From an uncultured Clostridium sp. (GTDB lineage Bacteria; Bacillota; Clostridia; Lachnospirales; Lachnospiraceae), in the NCBI GenBank assembly GCA_902496665.1, contig CABVBU010000006.1:3210-67209 (forward strand): DNA of 64,000 nucleotides, in the 5' to 3' direction. Both the position numbers and the translations under genes were made by a program. Each line of letters opens with the position of its first letter. The first letter of the stretch is position 1. The notes below the pieces were generated by a model. It had not been told where the DNA came from. It did not search any database and worked only from the letters and a program-made list of their open reading frames with translations. Below are positions 8,927 through 19,768 of this stretch, piece after piece.

Positions 8927-9020
8927 AACCGATCTCCCCTGACAGTCATTCACATTTTTAATATCTTATTTATCTCCATCTCCTGCTCTTTTTAATCAGA
9001 ACAGGAAACCCAACACCCTG

Positions 9021-10331
9021 TCACACAGTCTTTCTGGCTCTCACAATAAGATGCCAGATCGGAAGCAGATACAGGAACACCGCCGCCGCGATCGACACGA
9101 GCGGTGCCGACACGGACGCCAACGGAACCGCGCCTGCGATGGACCAGGGAATGAGAGGAGCCGTAACGATTACCGAGTTTTCCATATCGATCGCAAACTT
9201 CTGCTGATCCGGCTCCAGATCCTTGCAGATCTGGTCCACCAGCATCGTCGCCAGTGTCTGGTTGCAGGCCACCATGCCCGCCACCAGGGACGTCATAAGG
9301 ATCGTACCAAATACGGTGATTTTTCTGCTCACCGCGCCCATCTTCGACTTTAAACCATTTAAAAGCCCGGTTCCCTCAAAGATACCCGAATAGGAGGACG
9401 AAATCGTGATGATCAGCGCCACCCTGACCATGGACATGATCCCGCCGCCGTCGATCATGGACGAGATCGATGGATCCGGAGATTTATAGCCGTTGACCAG
9501 AATTCCAACGATCAGGGACAGATTCGTATGCTGCCAGAAAAGGCACACGCCGAGCGCCGTCACGATGCTTGCCAGCATCGCCATCCGCACCTGCACCCGG
9601 AAAAGCGATAATACCATGATCACCACCGCCGGAAGGATTGGGATCAATCCCAGACGGAATACGCCGGAAAAGCTCTCCGCCAACGACAGGTTTCCGGCTT
9701 CCGCCGCCGGAAATACGATTCCGCATGCACCGTAAAAGGCACAGGTTAAAATTAACGGCACGATGGCCATCTTCACCATCAGGCGGATATTGTCAAAAAT
9801 ATTCGTGTGGGTCAGCTCCGAGACCAGCAGTGCGCTGGTGGATACCGGCGAACACCGGTCCCCGAAAAACACGCCGGAGAGGATCGCGCCTCCCGCCAGG
9901 ATCTCATTGCACCCCATCGCCTTCGCCATGGTCATACAGATCACGCCCATGGTTGCCGCCGTTCCAAATGCTGTTCCCGTAAGGACGGACACCAGACAGT
10001 TTAAAAGGAATGCCATCAAAATCATCACCGACGGATTCATAAGTCCCGCACAGTAAGACACGATCGCCGGGATCGTTCCCGCCGCCCGCCAGAGCGCCGT
10101 CAGCATGCCAATGAGTAAAAATGTAATTAAAATATTTTTCGCCGTTCTGATTCCCTTCCAGGACATCGCAAAAATATCTCTGACCGTATAACCACGGCTT
10201 AAGGTGTACGCGAAAAAGATCAGATATCCAAGGGCCAGCGCCGCCAGGATCGGGATCCCCGCAAGAATGCATCCGATCAGCGTCACCGCGAACACGACCA
10301 GAACTGCCGTTTCACTGATGTGTACCTTCAT
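9021..10331 (-). CDS. Na+/H+ antiporter NhaC family transporter
   Basis: Polytopic ORF. I set the start at MKVHISETAVL (AAGAGG RBS); the track ORF extends 26 codons further upstream. Confidence 0.8.
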   Translation of the reverse strand: MKVHISETAVLVVFAVTLIGCILAGIPILAALALGYLIFFAYTLSRGYTVRDIFAMSWKGIRTAKNILITFLLIGMLTALWRAAGTIPAIVSYCAGLMNPSVMILMAFLLNCLVSVLTGTAFGTAATMGVICMTMAKAMGCNEILAGGAILSGVFFGDRCSPVSTSALLVSELTHTNIFDNIRLMVKMAIVPLILTCAFYGACGIVFPAAEAGNLSLAESFSGVFRLGLIPILPAVVIMVLSLFRVQVRMAMLASIVTALGVCLFWQHTNLSLIVGILVNGYKSPDPSISSMIDGGGIMSMVRVALIITISSSYSGIFEGTGLLNGLKSKMGAVSRKITVFGTILMTSLVAGMVACNQTLATMLVDQICKDLEPDQQKFAIDMENSVIVTAPLIPWSIAGAVPLASVSAPLVSIAAAVFLYLLPIWHLIVRARKTV

Positions 10332-10631
10332 AATGTTTACCTCTTCCCTGTTTTCTTTCGTGAACCATTCCCTCAGATACCCATTCCCTGTCCAGATATC
10401 CTGATCCACCTTTATGGTTCCAGTATACGCCTGGATTTCTCACTTGTCTAACTGTATTTTCTGATATATAATACAGTCAAAATACTGTATATGAATTACA
10501 GCTTTCATTCTTTCACACGATTTTCCCAGTTCATTCTGGCTGCCCCATATCCTTTATGGCCAGCACAGCTGATCCGAGACTCTGCAGGACACTTACAATT
10601 AAACTTTCTTTTTTATATTCAGGAGATTTAT

Positions 10632-11708
10632 ATGAACTTTCTTTCCATGGATTATTTTCTCATGACCGCCGAAAAACGCAGCTTCACAAAAGCCGCCGAT
10701 GCTCTCCACATCACCCAGCAGACCCTGAGCACCCACATCGCCAATCTGGAACAGGAGCTGGACTGTAAGCTCTTTGTCCGCCATGTTCCCCTGGAACTCA
10801 CCTATGCCGGCGAGATCTTCCGCCAGTACGCCGCAGACTTCCAGAAAAAATACCGGGCCATGCAGCATGAGTTCGCCGATCTGAATAAAAACGATCAGGG
10901 GATCCTGCGGATCGGCATCTCCTTCACCCGCTGCCATGCCATCATGCCCGCGATCATCACGGAATACCAGCGCCGCTACCCGCATATGGAGATCCAGGTC
11001 ATCGAGAACGCAAACTCTGGTCTGCAGAAAGACCTGATGGAACATAAGATCGATCTCGCCATCGCGAAGTTCCCGGATTTTCTGCCGGGGATCACTCTGA
11101 GCGATTTCTATGAGGAGGAGGTCGTTCTTCTGCTTGCCGATTCTCTGTTTCATGAGGTCATTTCCGATGCTACCCCAGCAGATGCCCTATTTTTACATCT
11201 TCCAAAGACTATCTGCGGCTCTGGCTCTGATTTCACCCATGACACCGCTGGCCCTGTTTCCTTTTCTGTCCAAAATCTTGAAGCTCCGACAGATTCCCAG
11301 CCGGAACCGTTAATGTTAAGAAGCCCGGAAGACTTCTCGATCTTCGAACACTGCCCATTCCTTCTAAACTACGCTACCGACATCGCCGGTCAGCTCGGAA
11401 GACACTTCATCACCATGGGCAATTTCAAACCAATCGTAAAGACCCAGTCCGACAACATGGGAATGCTTCTGGAACTCTGTGCCGCCGGAAAAGGTGCCTG
11501 CATCTCCCCGCTAAACCTTGCCTTAAGTTCCCTCTCCTCCGATCAGCGAAAAAAAATGCGGATCATCCACCTCGGACAATCCGCAAAATATAAGATCCGC
11601 TTCGGCTGTCTCGAACAGCCATACCAGTGGAAAGCGATCCGGAACTTTATGGATGCCGCAAACGCTGCACTTGCACTTCCCCTATCTGAACACGATCGAT
11701 CGGTCTGA
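10632..11708 (+). CDS. LysR family transcriptional regulator carrying an unusual internal insertion of about 60 aa
   Basis: HTH segment FTKAADALHITQQTLSTHIANLEQEL. Start at the ATG at 10632, after AGGAG. At 358 aa it is longer than the roughly 300 aa typical of LTTRs. Confidence 0.85.
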   Translation: MNFLSMDYFLMTAEKRSFTKAADALHITQQTLSTHIANLEQELDCKLFVRHVPLELTYAGEIFRQYAADFQKKYRAMQHEFADLNKNDQGILRIGISFTRCHAIMPAIITEYQRRYPHMEIQVIENANSGLQKDLMEHKIDLAIAKFPDFLPGITLSDFYEEEVVLLLADSLFHEVISDATPADALFLHLPKTICGSGSDFTHDTAGPVSFSVQNLEAPTDSQPEPLMLRSPEDFSIFEHCPFLLNYATDIAGQLGRHFITMGNFKPIVKTQSDNMGMLLELCAAGKGACISPLNLALSSLSSDQRKKMRIIHLGQSAKYKIRFGCLEQPYQWKAIRNFMDAANAALALPLSEHDRSV

Positions 11709-12626
11709 TCACCCTGCCAGATAACACCAGACCGGCAGCGTCAGCATGGACATCAGCGTCGTCATAACCACGCATCTCGTTGCAAACAAGGCGTCACTGT
11801 CATATCTTGCCGCAAAAATCGCCGCCGTAGCTCCGGCAGGCATGCCGGTCATCAAAACGCTGATTCCCAGTGATGTGGCATCAAGTCCCAGTCCAAGTCC
11901 AACGGCCAGAGCTGCTGCCGGAAGAATGATCAAACGGAACACCGAAAACAGCGCCGTGTCCTTATTAAAGATCGTTGTAATCTTTACATCCGCCAGAATC
12001 GTTCCCACGATCAGCATCGTGAGGGCGCTGTTACAATTCCCAAGATACTTCACCGTCGCCGTGATGACGGATGGAAGCTTCACCTGAGTCACCATGCAGA
12101 TAAGACCCAGGTAGATCGCCACCAGGCACGGATGTGTCAGCACGTTCTTCGCGACCTTCTTCTTATCCACCTTCTCATCCGCCACAAAATAAGTTGTTCC
12201 CACAGACCACATGATGATACGCATAGGGATCAGGAAAATTGAAGTATACAAAACTCCGATCTCATTATAGATCGCCTCTGCGATCGGATTTCCGAGGAAT
12301 CCGCTCATCGGAACAATCGTGCAGTACTGGAGGACTTTCCTTCTCTGCGGCGCATACCGGTTAAAGATAAACTTATTTAAAGTCAGGCATACCGCCTGCA
12401 TGATCACCGCCGCCAGTAAAAGCAGCGCACATGACCGGAATATCTCCATATTAAATTCGATCAGACACGACTTAAAAATATTACACGGGATCACCACGTT
12501 GATGCAGAGATCCGTCAGACATTTCTTTCCGTTGGCGTCGATGATCCCCTTTTTCTTTAAGACTGCTCCGACAAGCATCAATGCAAACAAGGTTCCCTGA
12601 AGACTGAATAGATCGAGTAAATTCAT
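11709..12626 (-). CDS. AEC (auxin efflux carrier) family transporter
   Basis: 305-aa ORF with about 10 TM segments and an AGGAGG RBS. Confidence 0.8.
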   Translation of the reverse strand: MNLLDLFSLQGTLFALMLVGAVLKKKGIIDANGKKCLTDLCINVVIPCNIFKSCLIEFNMEIFRSCALLLLAAVIMQAVCLTLNKFIFNRYAPQRRKVLQYCTIVPMSGFLGNPIAEAIYNEIGVLYTSIFLIPMRIIMWSVGTTYFVADEKVDKKKVAKNVLTHPCLVAIYLGLICMVTQVKLPSVITATVKYLGNCNSALTMLIVGTILADVKITTIFNKDTALFSVFRLIILPAAALAVGLGLGLDATSLGISVLMTGMPAGATAAIFAARYDSDALFATRCVVMTTLMSMLTLPVWCYLAG

Positions 12627-12924
12627 AAACCTACCTCCTGCTGTCTCTTCTTAGATGTACATGAATTTCTGCAGTAACTATATCCGAAGCTACCTGCTGC
12701 CTCTTTTTCTTAACTTTATCATAGCACTGCATCACTTCTTTGTATAACTGTTTTATTCGGTATGCCTAACAGTGATTTGTCTGTAATCTATATAACAAAA
12801 CAGAATCCAATATCTCCTTCTCAGAGATATCAGATTCTGCCTTTTATTTCTAATCAGATCTCCCATTTATCTTTTTTGCTTCATCAATAACCGACAAACG
12901 AAGGATAAACCAAGGACACCATAA

Positions 12925-12960
12925 CGCAAAAATCCCCGCCCGGAAACCCGGACGGGGATT
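12925..12960 (-). terminator. Intrinsic terminator after etfA
   Basis: On the minus strand, AATCCCCGTCCGGG and CCCGGGCGGGGATT form the stem, followed by TTTTT. Confidence 0.7.
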
Positions 12961-13028
12961 ATCACCTGTTGTGGCACTACCAGCAGAATCACTCTGCCTA
13001 CTTTATATACATTTACAATTCACGCAAA

Positions 13029-14078
13029 TTAGTTAGCTGCTGCAGCTTTTGCTTCTTTGATCTTCTCTGTCAGCATCGGAACGATCTTGTTTAAGTCGCC
13101 TACGATACCGTAGTCAGCTACATCGAAGATCGGAGCAGACTCATCTTTGTTGATCGCAATGATGATGTCAGACTCTTCCATACCAGCTACGTGCTGGATC
13201 GCACCGGAAATACCGATTGCGAAGTATACGTGCGGACGAACAGTCTTACCAGTCTGTCCAACCTGGAGATCCTTCGGCTTCCAGCCGGAATCTACAACTG
13301 CACGAGAGCAGCTTACGGTACCGCCAATAGCCTCAGCGAGGTCATCAAGAAGCTTGAAGTTCTCTGCGCTTCCAACTCCACGGCCACCGGAAACAAGGAT
13401 CTTTGCATCCATGATATCAGCTACGTCGGATACTGCCTTAACGATCTCAAGAATCTCAACGTACTTGTTGTCCGGAGTGAAGCCCGGGTTAAACTCGATA
13501 ACTTCTGCTTTTCTGCCAGCCTCACGGTCAAGCTTCTGCATAACGCCTGGACGTACTGTAGCCATCTGCGGACGGAATTCCGGGCAAGCGATTGTAGCGA
13601 TTGTGTTGCCGCCGAATGCCGGACGGGTCATAAGGAGCTGGTTATGTTTCTGCTCTTTACCCGGCATAGCAACAAGCGGGAAATCTCCGATATCAAGCTG
13701 TGTACAGTCAGCTGTAAGACCTGTATGGATACGTGCGCAAACACGCGGGCCAAGGTCACGGCCGATTGCTGTAGCACCGATTAAGAAGATGTCCGGTTTG
13801 AACTCGTTGATAACAGAAGTGATCGCATGAGTATACGGCTCAGTTCTGTAATCCTTTAATTCCGGATCATCAACAACGATAACTTTGTCTGCACCGTACT
13901 CGCCGAGCTCGTCTGCAAGACCTTTTACGTTGGAACCAACTAAAACTGCTGTTACAGTTGTTCCTAAATCCTTTGCCAGGTCTTTACCTTTTCCGATCAG
14001 CTCCAGAGCGATGCTGCTGATCTGATTGTCTACCTGCTGCGCAAAGACATATACACCCTTATATTCTGCTAAATTCAT
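13029..14078 (-). CDS. etfA: Electron transfer flavoprotein alpha subunit
   Basis: EtfA-like throughout, with FAD-binding C-terminal motifs (QVGQTGKTVRP, YFAIGISGAIQH). The ATG at 14078 is preferred over the GTG at 14081. Confidence 0.93.
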   Translation of the reverse strand: MNLAEYKGVYVFAQQVDNQISSIALELIGKGKDLAKDLGTTVTAVLVGSNVKGLADELGEYGADKVIVVDDPELKDYRTEPYTHAITSVINEFKPDIFLIGATAIGRDLGPRVCARIHTGLTADCTQLDIGDFPLVAMPGKEQKHNQLLMTRPAFGGNTIATIACPEFRPQMATVRPGVMQKLDREAGRKAEVIEFNPGFTPDNKYVEILEIVKAVSDVADIMDAKILVSGGRGVGSAENFKLLDDLAEAIGGTVSCSRAVVDSGWKPKDLQVGQTGKTVRPHVYFAIGISGAIQHVAGMEESDIIIAINKDESAPIFDVADYGIVGDLNKIVPMLTEKIKEAKAAAAN

Positions 14079-14108
14079 CACTTTTCACCACACTTTTCTT
14101 TTATTAAA

Positions 14109-14894
14109 TTAAAGTACATGTTTCTCAGTAAGTTTCTCAACAATGTAATTTGCAGCTGCGGACGGGTCAAGGTTTGTCTCCTTAACGCCTGCACCCTTTC
14201 TTACCTTGTCAGAAGCCTTAGCGATCTGAGTCGGGGATCCCTTAAGACCAAGGTTGGAATCAAGAACATCCTTCAGATCATTTCTGCCCCAAACGGTGAT
14301 ATCCTTCTTGTATGCATCGAAGATTCCGCCCGGAGTCATGTAACGCGGCTCATTTAATTCAGAAAGTGCTGTAATTAAGCACGGCATTTTAGCCTTTAAC
14401 ATCATGTATCTATCATCAAACTGACGCTTAACGATTACAGAATCACCATCGATCTCGATACCCTCAGCATAGCTGATTACCGGAAGACCAAGATGCTCGG
14501 AGATCTGCGGACCTACCTGAGCTGTATCACCATCGATAGCCTGACGGCCTGTGATGATAAGGTCATAGTCAAGGTTTCTTAAAGCGCCTGCGATTGTCTG
14601 GGAAGTAGCCCATGTATCAGCACCGCCGAGAACACGGTCTGTAACAAGGATACCGTTGTCAGCGCCCATAGCCATAGCCTCACGAAGAACCTCTTCAGCC
14701 TTCGGAAGACCCATTGTAACTACTGTAACTTCTGCACCATACTGATCTTTTAAGCGAAGAGCTGCCTCCAGACCAGCTTTATCATCCGGGTTCATGATTG
14801 TGAGCATAGCTGCTCTGTCAAGTGTTCCATCCGGTTTGAACTTTACGCCGCCCTTAGTATCCGGCACCTGTTTTACACAAACAACGATTTTCAC
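14109..14894 (-). CDS. etfB: Electron transfer flavoprotein beta subunit
   Basis: MKIVVCVKQVPDT N-terminus with a GTG start and AAGGAG RBS. Confidence 0.95.
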   Translation of the reverse strand: MKIVVCVKQVPDTKGGVKFKPDGTLDRAAMLTIMNPDDKAGLEAALRLKDQYGAEVTVVTMGLPKAEEVLREAMAMGADNGILVTDRVLGGADTWATSQTIAGALRNLDYDLIITGRQAIDGDTAQVGPQISEHLGLPVISYAEGIEIDGDSVIVKRQFDDRYMMLKAKMPCLITALSELNEPRYMTPGGIFDAYKKDITVWGRNDLKDVLDSNLGLKGSPTQIAKASDKVRKGAGVKETNLDPSAAANYIVEKLTEKHVL

Positions 14895-14945
14895 TGTATT
14901 TCACTCCTTATTTTCGTTTTTAGTTATGATTTTCCAGCTGTTAAA

Positions 14946-16097
14946 TTACTTTAACAGTGCGCCGGAGATAACCATTCTCTGAACTTCACTTGTTCCTTCG
15001 TAGATCTCGGTGATCTTAGCATCACGCATCATACGCTCTACGTCGTACTCTCTGATGTAACCATAACCACCATGGAGCTGAACAGCCTTTGTTGTTACTT
15101 CCATAGCAACCTCTGCTGCATACAGTTTAGCCATAGCTGCCTCTACAGAATAGGACTTCTGAGTAGCCTTAGCCATTGCTGCACGGTAAACCATCATCTG
15201 AGCAGCTTTTACCTTTGTTGCCATATCAGCAAGCTGGAACTGTGTGTTCTGGAACTGACCGATTGTGCGGCCAAACTGCTTTCTCTCTTTTACGTAAGCG
15301 ATTGTTCTGTCAAGAGCGCCCTCTGCAAGACCAAGAGCCTGAGCAGCGATACCGATACGTCCGCCGTCAAGTGTATGCATAGCGATCTTGAAGCCCTCAC
15401 CCTTCTTACCTAAAAGGTTGTCCTTCGGGATGCGGCAGTCTGTGAAAATAAGTTCATATGTTGCAGATCCACGGATACCCATCTTCTTCTCTTTTGTACC
15501 AAAAGTGAAGCCCGGTGTTCCTTTCTCTACGATAAACGCGGAGATCTCTTTCTGCATTTTGCCACGTTTCTCAACTGTGCCTGTAACAGCGATAACGATG
15601 TATGTATCAGCATACTTACCGTTCGTGATGAAGCACTTGGAACCGTTTAATACCCACTCGTCGCCGTCTAAAACAGCTTTTGTCTGCTGACCCTGAGCAT
15701 CTGTACCAGCGCCCGGCTCAGTTAAACCGAATGCACCTAACTTCTCGCCCTTAGCAAGCGGAACCAGGAATTTCTGCTTCTGCTCTTCTGTACCAAATGT
15801 CTGGATCGGATCCATGCAAAGGGATGTATGAGCGGAAACGATAACGCCTGTAGTACCGCAAACTTTGGAAAGCTCCTCAACGCACATAGCGTAAGTAAGC
15901 GGATCACAGCCCTGTCCACCGTACTCCTTCGGTACCGGAATACCAAGGAAACCGTTTTTAGCCATCTTCTCTACGGTTTCTACCGGGAATCTCTCTTCCT
16001 CGTCAACCTCCTGAGCAAGGGGTTTGACTTCCTTCTCGGCGAAATCATGGAACAGTGTTCTCGCCATCTCATGCTCTTTACCTAATGTAAAATCCAT
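14946..16097 (-). CDS. bcd: Butyryl-CoA dehydrogenase (acyl-CoA dehydrogenase, Bcd)
   Basis: 383-aa ACAD with the C-terminal motif [13 protein letters not shown]. It lies next to etfBA. Confidence 0.95.
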   Translation of the reverse strand: MDFTLGKEHEMARTLFHDFAEKEVKPLAQEVDEEERFPVETVEKMAKNGFLGIPVPKEYGGQGCDPLTYAMCVEELSKVCGTTGVIVSAHTSLCMDPIQTFGTEEQKQKFLVPLAKGEKLGAFGLTEPGAGTDAQGQQTKAVLDGDEWVLNGSKCFITNGKYADTYIVIAVTGTVEKRGKMQKEISAFIVEKGTPGFTFGTKEKKMGIRGSATYELIFTDCRIPKDNLLGKKGEGFKIAMHTLDGGRIGIAAQALGLAEGALDRTIAYVKERKQFGRTIGQFQNTQFQLADMATKVKAAQMMVYRAAMAKATQKSYSVEAAMAKLYAAEVAMEVTTKAVQLHGGYGYIREYDVERMMRDAKITEIYEGTSEVQRMVISGALLK

Positions 16098-16248
16098 GTT
16101 TTTAGTTCCTCCTTGTGAATTGTATCATGTATAACATGGGGAAATGTGGATGCTTCATTTTCCCGATGTACCTAATTAAATATCAGAAGCCTGGCCATCT
16201 GTGCGTCTTCACACAGTCTGTCCGTCATCTGACCATGCCTTTTAATTT

Positions 16249-16266
16249 TTGTGAAAAAATAAACAA
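16249..16266. promoter_or_regulatory. Rex-box-like palindrome upstream of bcd
   Basis: TTGTGAAAAAATAAACAA compared with the Rex consensus TTGTKAANNNNTTMACAA: one half-site is perfect and the other has one mismatch. It lies about 150 nt upstream of the bcd start. Confidence 0.4.
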
Positions 16267-16398
16267 TTTTGAGTAAAAATAAAAATATTTTTCACATCAG
16301 CAGAACTGCACCGGCAGATCTTTGCAGATGCTTTGCGCTATAAAAGGCATGCTGCCTGACGGGATAAGATCACCGTCAGGCAACCCTTTGTTTTTTTA

Positions 16399-17238
16399 TT
16401 ATTTGCTGTAATCGTAGAAGCCCTTGCCAGTCTTTCTTCCAAGAAGGCCGCCGCGAACCATCTTCTTAAGAAGCGGATGCGGACGATACTTCGGATCGCC
16501 TGTCTCTGTCTCAAGAACGTTCATGATCGCAAGAACAACATCAAGACCGATCAGATCACCGAGAGCTAACGGTCCCATCGGATGGTTAGCGCCAAGCTTC
16601 ATAGCTGTATCGATACCTTCTACAGATGCAACGCCATCAGCGTAAATTCCGACTGCTTCGTTGACCATCGGAATAAGGATTCTGTTTACAACGAAACCAG
16701 CAGCCTCTTCTACCTGCACTGGAGTCTTGCCGATCTCTTCAGAGATCTTCTTAACAGCTTCAACATCCTCCGGCTTTGTGTTTAAGCCAGCGATAACCTC
16801 AACCAGCTTCATAACCGGAGCCGGGTTGAAGAAGTGCATGCCGATTACATGTCTCTCAACAGCGCTGCCGATCTCTGTAATGGAAAGAGAGGAGGTGTTT
16901 GTTGCAAAGATACAGCTCGGTTTGCAGATCGCGTCGAGCTCTTTGAATGTCTGCTTCTTGATCTCCATGTTCTCGATCGCAGCCTCTACAACGAGGTCAC
17001 AGTCGCCGCAGATATCCTTCACACCAGTTGTGATCTTAGCAAGGATCTTGTCTGCATCTTCCTGAGTCATTTTGCCTTTTGCGATTCTCTTCTCGAATCC
17101 AGCGGCAATTTTCTTCTTTCCGTTCGCTGCAAATGTTTCATTGATGTCGCAGAGCATTACCTCATAGCCTTCTGTCTGTGCGAATGCCTGTGCAATACCG
17201 GAACCCATGGTTCCTGCGCCGATAATACCAACTTTCAT
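16399..17238 (-). CDS. hbd: 3-hydroxybutyryl-CoA dehydrogenase
   Basis: [20 protein letters not shown]-binding motif; 279 aa. Confidence 0.95.
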   Translation of the reverse strand: MKVGIIGAGTMGSGIAQAFAQTEGYEVMLCDINETFAANGKKKIAAGFEKRIAKGKMTQEDADKILAKITTGVKDICGDCDLVVEAAIENMEIKKQTFKELDAICKPSCIFATNTSSLSITEIGSAVERHVIGMHFFNPAPVMKLVEVIAGLNTKPEDVEAVKKISEEIGKTPVQVEEAAGFVVNRILIPMVNEAVGIYADGVASVEGIDTAMKLGANHPMGPLALGDLIGLDVVLAIMNVLETETGDPKYRPHPLLKKMVRGGLLGRKTGKGFYDYSK

Positions 17239-17284
17239 GATTTTATCTCCTTATATATGCAACAATGTTATGTAATCTTATCGA

Positions 17285-18061
17285 TTAACGATTTTTGAAG
17301 CCGTCCACTTTTCTCTTCTCGAGGAACGCCTTCATTCCTTCCTTCTGATCCTCAGTCTCAAAGCACTCGGAGAAATATTTTTCCTCGATGGAGATTGCGT
17401 GGTCAATGTCGGAAAGGTAACCATCTGTCAGGGACTCCTTGGAATTTCTGACAGCGATCGGTGCGTTGGAGGCGATCTTCTTTGCCAGCTTCATAACCGT
17501 CGGCATAAGCTCTTCCTTCGCACATACACCGTTTACAAGACCGATCCGGTATGCCTCGTCCGCTTTGATATTAACAGCGGCATATACCATTTCCTTTGCT
17601 TTTCCGGTTCCGATCAGTCTTGCGAGACGCTGGGTTCCGCCGAATCCCGGAGTAATGCCAAGACCAACCTCCGGCTGTCCGAACATAGCGTTTTCGGAGC
17701 AGTAACGGATATCACAGCTCATTGCAAGCTCATTTCCACCGCCAAGCGCAAAGCCGTTGACAGCAGCGATCGACGGGATCGGAAGTGTCTCCAACTTACG
17801 GAAAACATCGTTTCCTGCTTTACTGAATTCACGTGCTTCCTGTACAGTCATTGTGCTCATTGCAGCAATGTCCGCACCGGCAACAAAGGATTTCTCACCT
17901 GCACCGGTCAAAACCAGCACTCTTGTTGTACCAAGATCGATGCTGTCAAGAACAGCATCAAGATCCTGGATAACCTCTGTATTTAACGCGTTTAATGCCT
18001 CCGGACGGTTGATGGTGATAACACCAACAAAACCGTCCTGATCATATTTTACAAAACCCAT
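17285..18061 (-). CDS. crt: Short-chain enoyl-CoA hydratase (crotonase)
   Basis: 258-aa crotonase fold with FVAGADI and ALGGGNELAMSCD motifs. Confidence 0.95.
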   Translation of the reverse strand: MGFVKYDQDGFVGVITINRPEALNALNTEVIQDLDAVLDSIDLGTTRVLVLTGAGEKSFVAGADIAAMSTMTVQEAREFSKAGNDVFRKLETLPIPSIAAVNGFALGGGNELAMSCDIRYCSENAMFGQPEVGLGITPGFGGTQRLARLIGTGKAKEMVYAAVNIKADEAYRIGLVNGVCAKEELMPTVMKLAKKIASNAPIAVRNSKESLTDGYLSDIDHAISIEEKYFSECFETEDQKEGMKAFLEKRKVDGFKNR

Positions 18062-18102
18062 ATCATCGTTCTCCTCAGATTTTGTCTATGTTCCAGATTA
18101 GA

Positions 18103-19287
18103 TTAGTCTCTCTCTACGATTGTAGCGCAGCCCATTCCGCCGCCGATGCAAAGAGTTGCAAGACCCTTCTTGGCATCTGCCTTCTCCATCTCATGAAGAA
18201 GTGTAACAAGGATACGGCATCCGGAAGCTCCTACCGGGTGTCCGAGAGCGATTGCGCCGCCGTTCGGGTTTAACTTGTTAAGGTCAAAGCCGAGTTCCTT
18301 ACCTACTGCTACAGACTGTGCAGCGAATGCCTCGTTAGCCTCGATGATATCGAAGTCATTGATCTCCATGCCTGTTCTCTTAAGAACTTTTCTTGTAGCT
18401 GCAACCGGTCCGATACCCATGATCTTCGGATCTACGCCGCCGAGAGCACCGGCAACCCATGTAGCCATCGGCTTAACACCGAGTTCTTTAGCTTTCTCTT
18501 CGCTCATAACAACAACTGCTGCTGCGCCGTCGTTGATTCCTGAAGAGTTACCAGCTGTAACAAGTCCGCCGTCTTTCTTGAATGCCGGTTTTAACTTGCC
18601 GAGTGTCTCAACGGTTGTTCCGTGACGCGGACCTTCATCTGTATCTACGATAACTGTCTCTTTTTTCTTCTTAACTTCTACCGGAACGATCTCGTCCTTG
18701 AATGCGCCGGACTTCTGAGCTGCCTCTGCCTTCTGCTGGCTTACTGCAGCGAACTTGTCCAGTTCTTCTCTTGTAAGGCCCCACTGATCACAGATGTTCT
18801 CAGCTGTGATACCCATGTGGTAGTTGTTGAATGCATCCCAGAGAGCATCGTTAACCATTGTATCAACTAATGTAGCATTGCCCATACGGTATCCGTAACG
18901 GCCTTTCATCATAGCGTACGGAGCCATGGACATGTTCTCCATGCCGCCTGCTACAACGATATCAGCGTCACCGGAAAGGATCATCTCAGCTGCCATGTTA
19001 ACAGCCTCAAGACCGGAACCGCATACTACGTTGATCGTAACAGCCGGAACCTCGATCGGGAGACCAGCTTTTAATGTAGCCTGACGAGCTACGTTCTGTC
19101 CCTGACCAGCCTGGATTACACAACCCATGTAAACCTGATCAACAGCTTCCGGAGCTACACCTGCTCTCTTTAAAGCCTCTTTGATTACGATTGCGCCAAG
19201 TTCCGGAGCCGGGACTGTACTTAATTCGCCACCCATTGTTCCGATTGCGGTACGGCATGCACCTGCCAGTACAATTTTCTTTGCCAT
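18103..19287 (-). CDS. thl: Acetyl-CoA C-acetyltransferase (thiolase)
   Basis: 394-aa ORF with thiolase active-site regions (VNVVCGSGL; [17 protein letters not shown]; [12 protein letters not shown]). Confidence 0.95.
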   Translation of the reverse strand: MAKKIVLAGACRTAIGTMGGELSTVPAPELGAIVIKEALKRAGVAPEAVDQVYMGCVIQAGQGQNVARQATLKAGLPIEVPAVTINVVCGSGLEAVNMAAEMILSGDADIVVAGGMENMSMAPYAMMKGRYGYRMGNATLVDTMVNDALWDAFNNYHMGITAENICDQWGLTREELDKFAAVSQQKAEAAQKSGAFKDEIVPVEVKKKKETVIVDTDEGPRHGTTVETLGKLKPAFKKDGGLVTAGNSSGINDGAAAVVVMSEEKAKELGVKPMATWVAGALGGVDPKIMGIGPVAATRKVLKRTGMEINDFDIIEANEAFAAQSVAVGKELGFDLNKLNPNGGAIALGHPVGASGCRILVTLLHEMEKADAKKGLATLCIGGGMGCATIVERD

Positions 19288-19549
19288 TTTCTTTTCCTCC
19301 TCATTATACCGCTGCCATGCTCTACACCATATATTTTTTCACGAGCAAGGCAGTATATTATGTATAACTAATAATATCACCAAACCGTTTTTGTGTCAAA
19401 TAATTCTCATAAGCTTTTTATATAATTTTTCTAAACAAATTAGAAAGTTTCCTTACCCTTTCGTACAAAAGTTACTTTTTTGCTTCAGCGCGGTATTTTG
19501 GATCTTCGTCATGTTTTACGAACATTTATGAAGCTTTTTCCCGGAATTA

Positions 19550-19578
19550 TTGACCTTACACCCGGAAAATGTTAAAAT
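19550..19578 (+). promoter_or_regulatory. Sigma-A type promoter for the CoA-transferase gene
   Basis: TTGACC (19550-19555), a 17-nt spacer, then TAAAAT (19573-19578). This implies a 5' UTR of about 190 nt. Confidence 0.45.
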
Positions 19579-19768
19579 AATCTCATAGTTTGTCCGTGCG
19601 GCGGTATCTATGGAAATAGTGCTGCAGGCCCGCCTGCATAAGCTCTTTTCGTATGTACCGGCATAGGGCGAATGCCCTGTGCTTCCTGTTTTCATATTAA
19701 TATAAGCAGGAAGACAGCACGATATATTGCTACTATATTTTTATGGTTACAAAGAGAGGGTATTGAAA

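Noticed and set aside
19288-19560. A Rex or other shared operator upstream of thl, in the thl/but divergent region.
   Set aside because: I found only weak partial palindromes (for example ATGTTTTACGAACAT at about 19511-19525), and none approached the Rex consensus, so I did not call a site.
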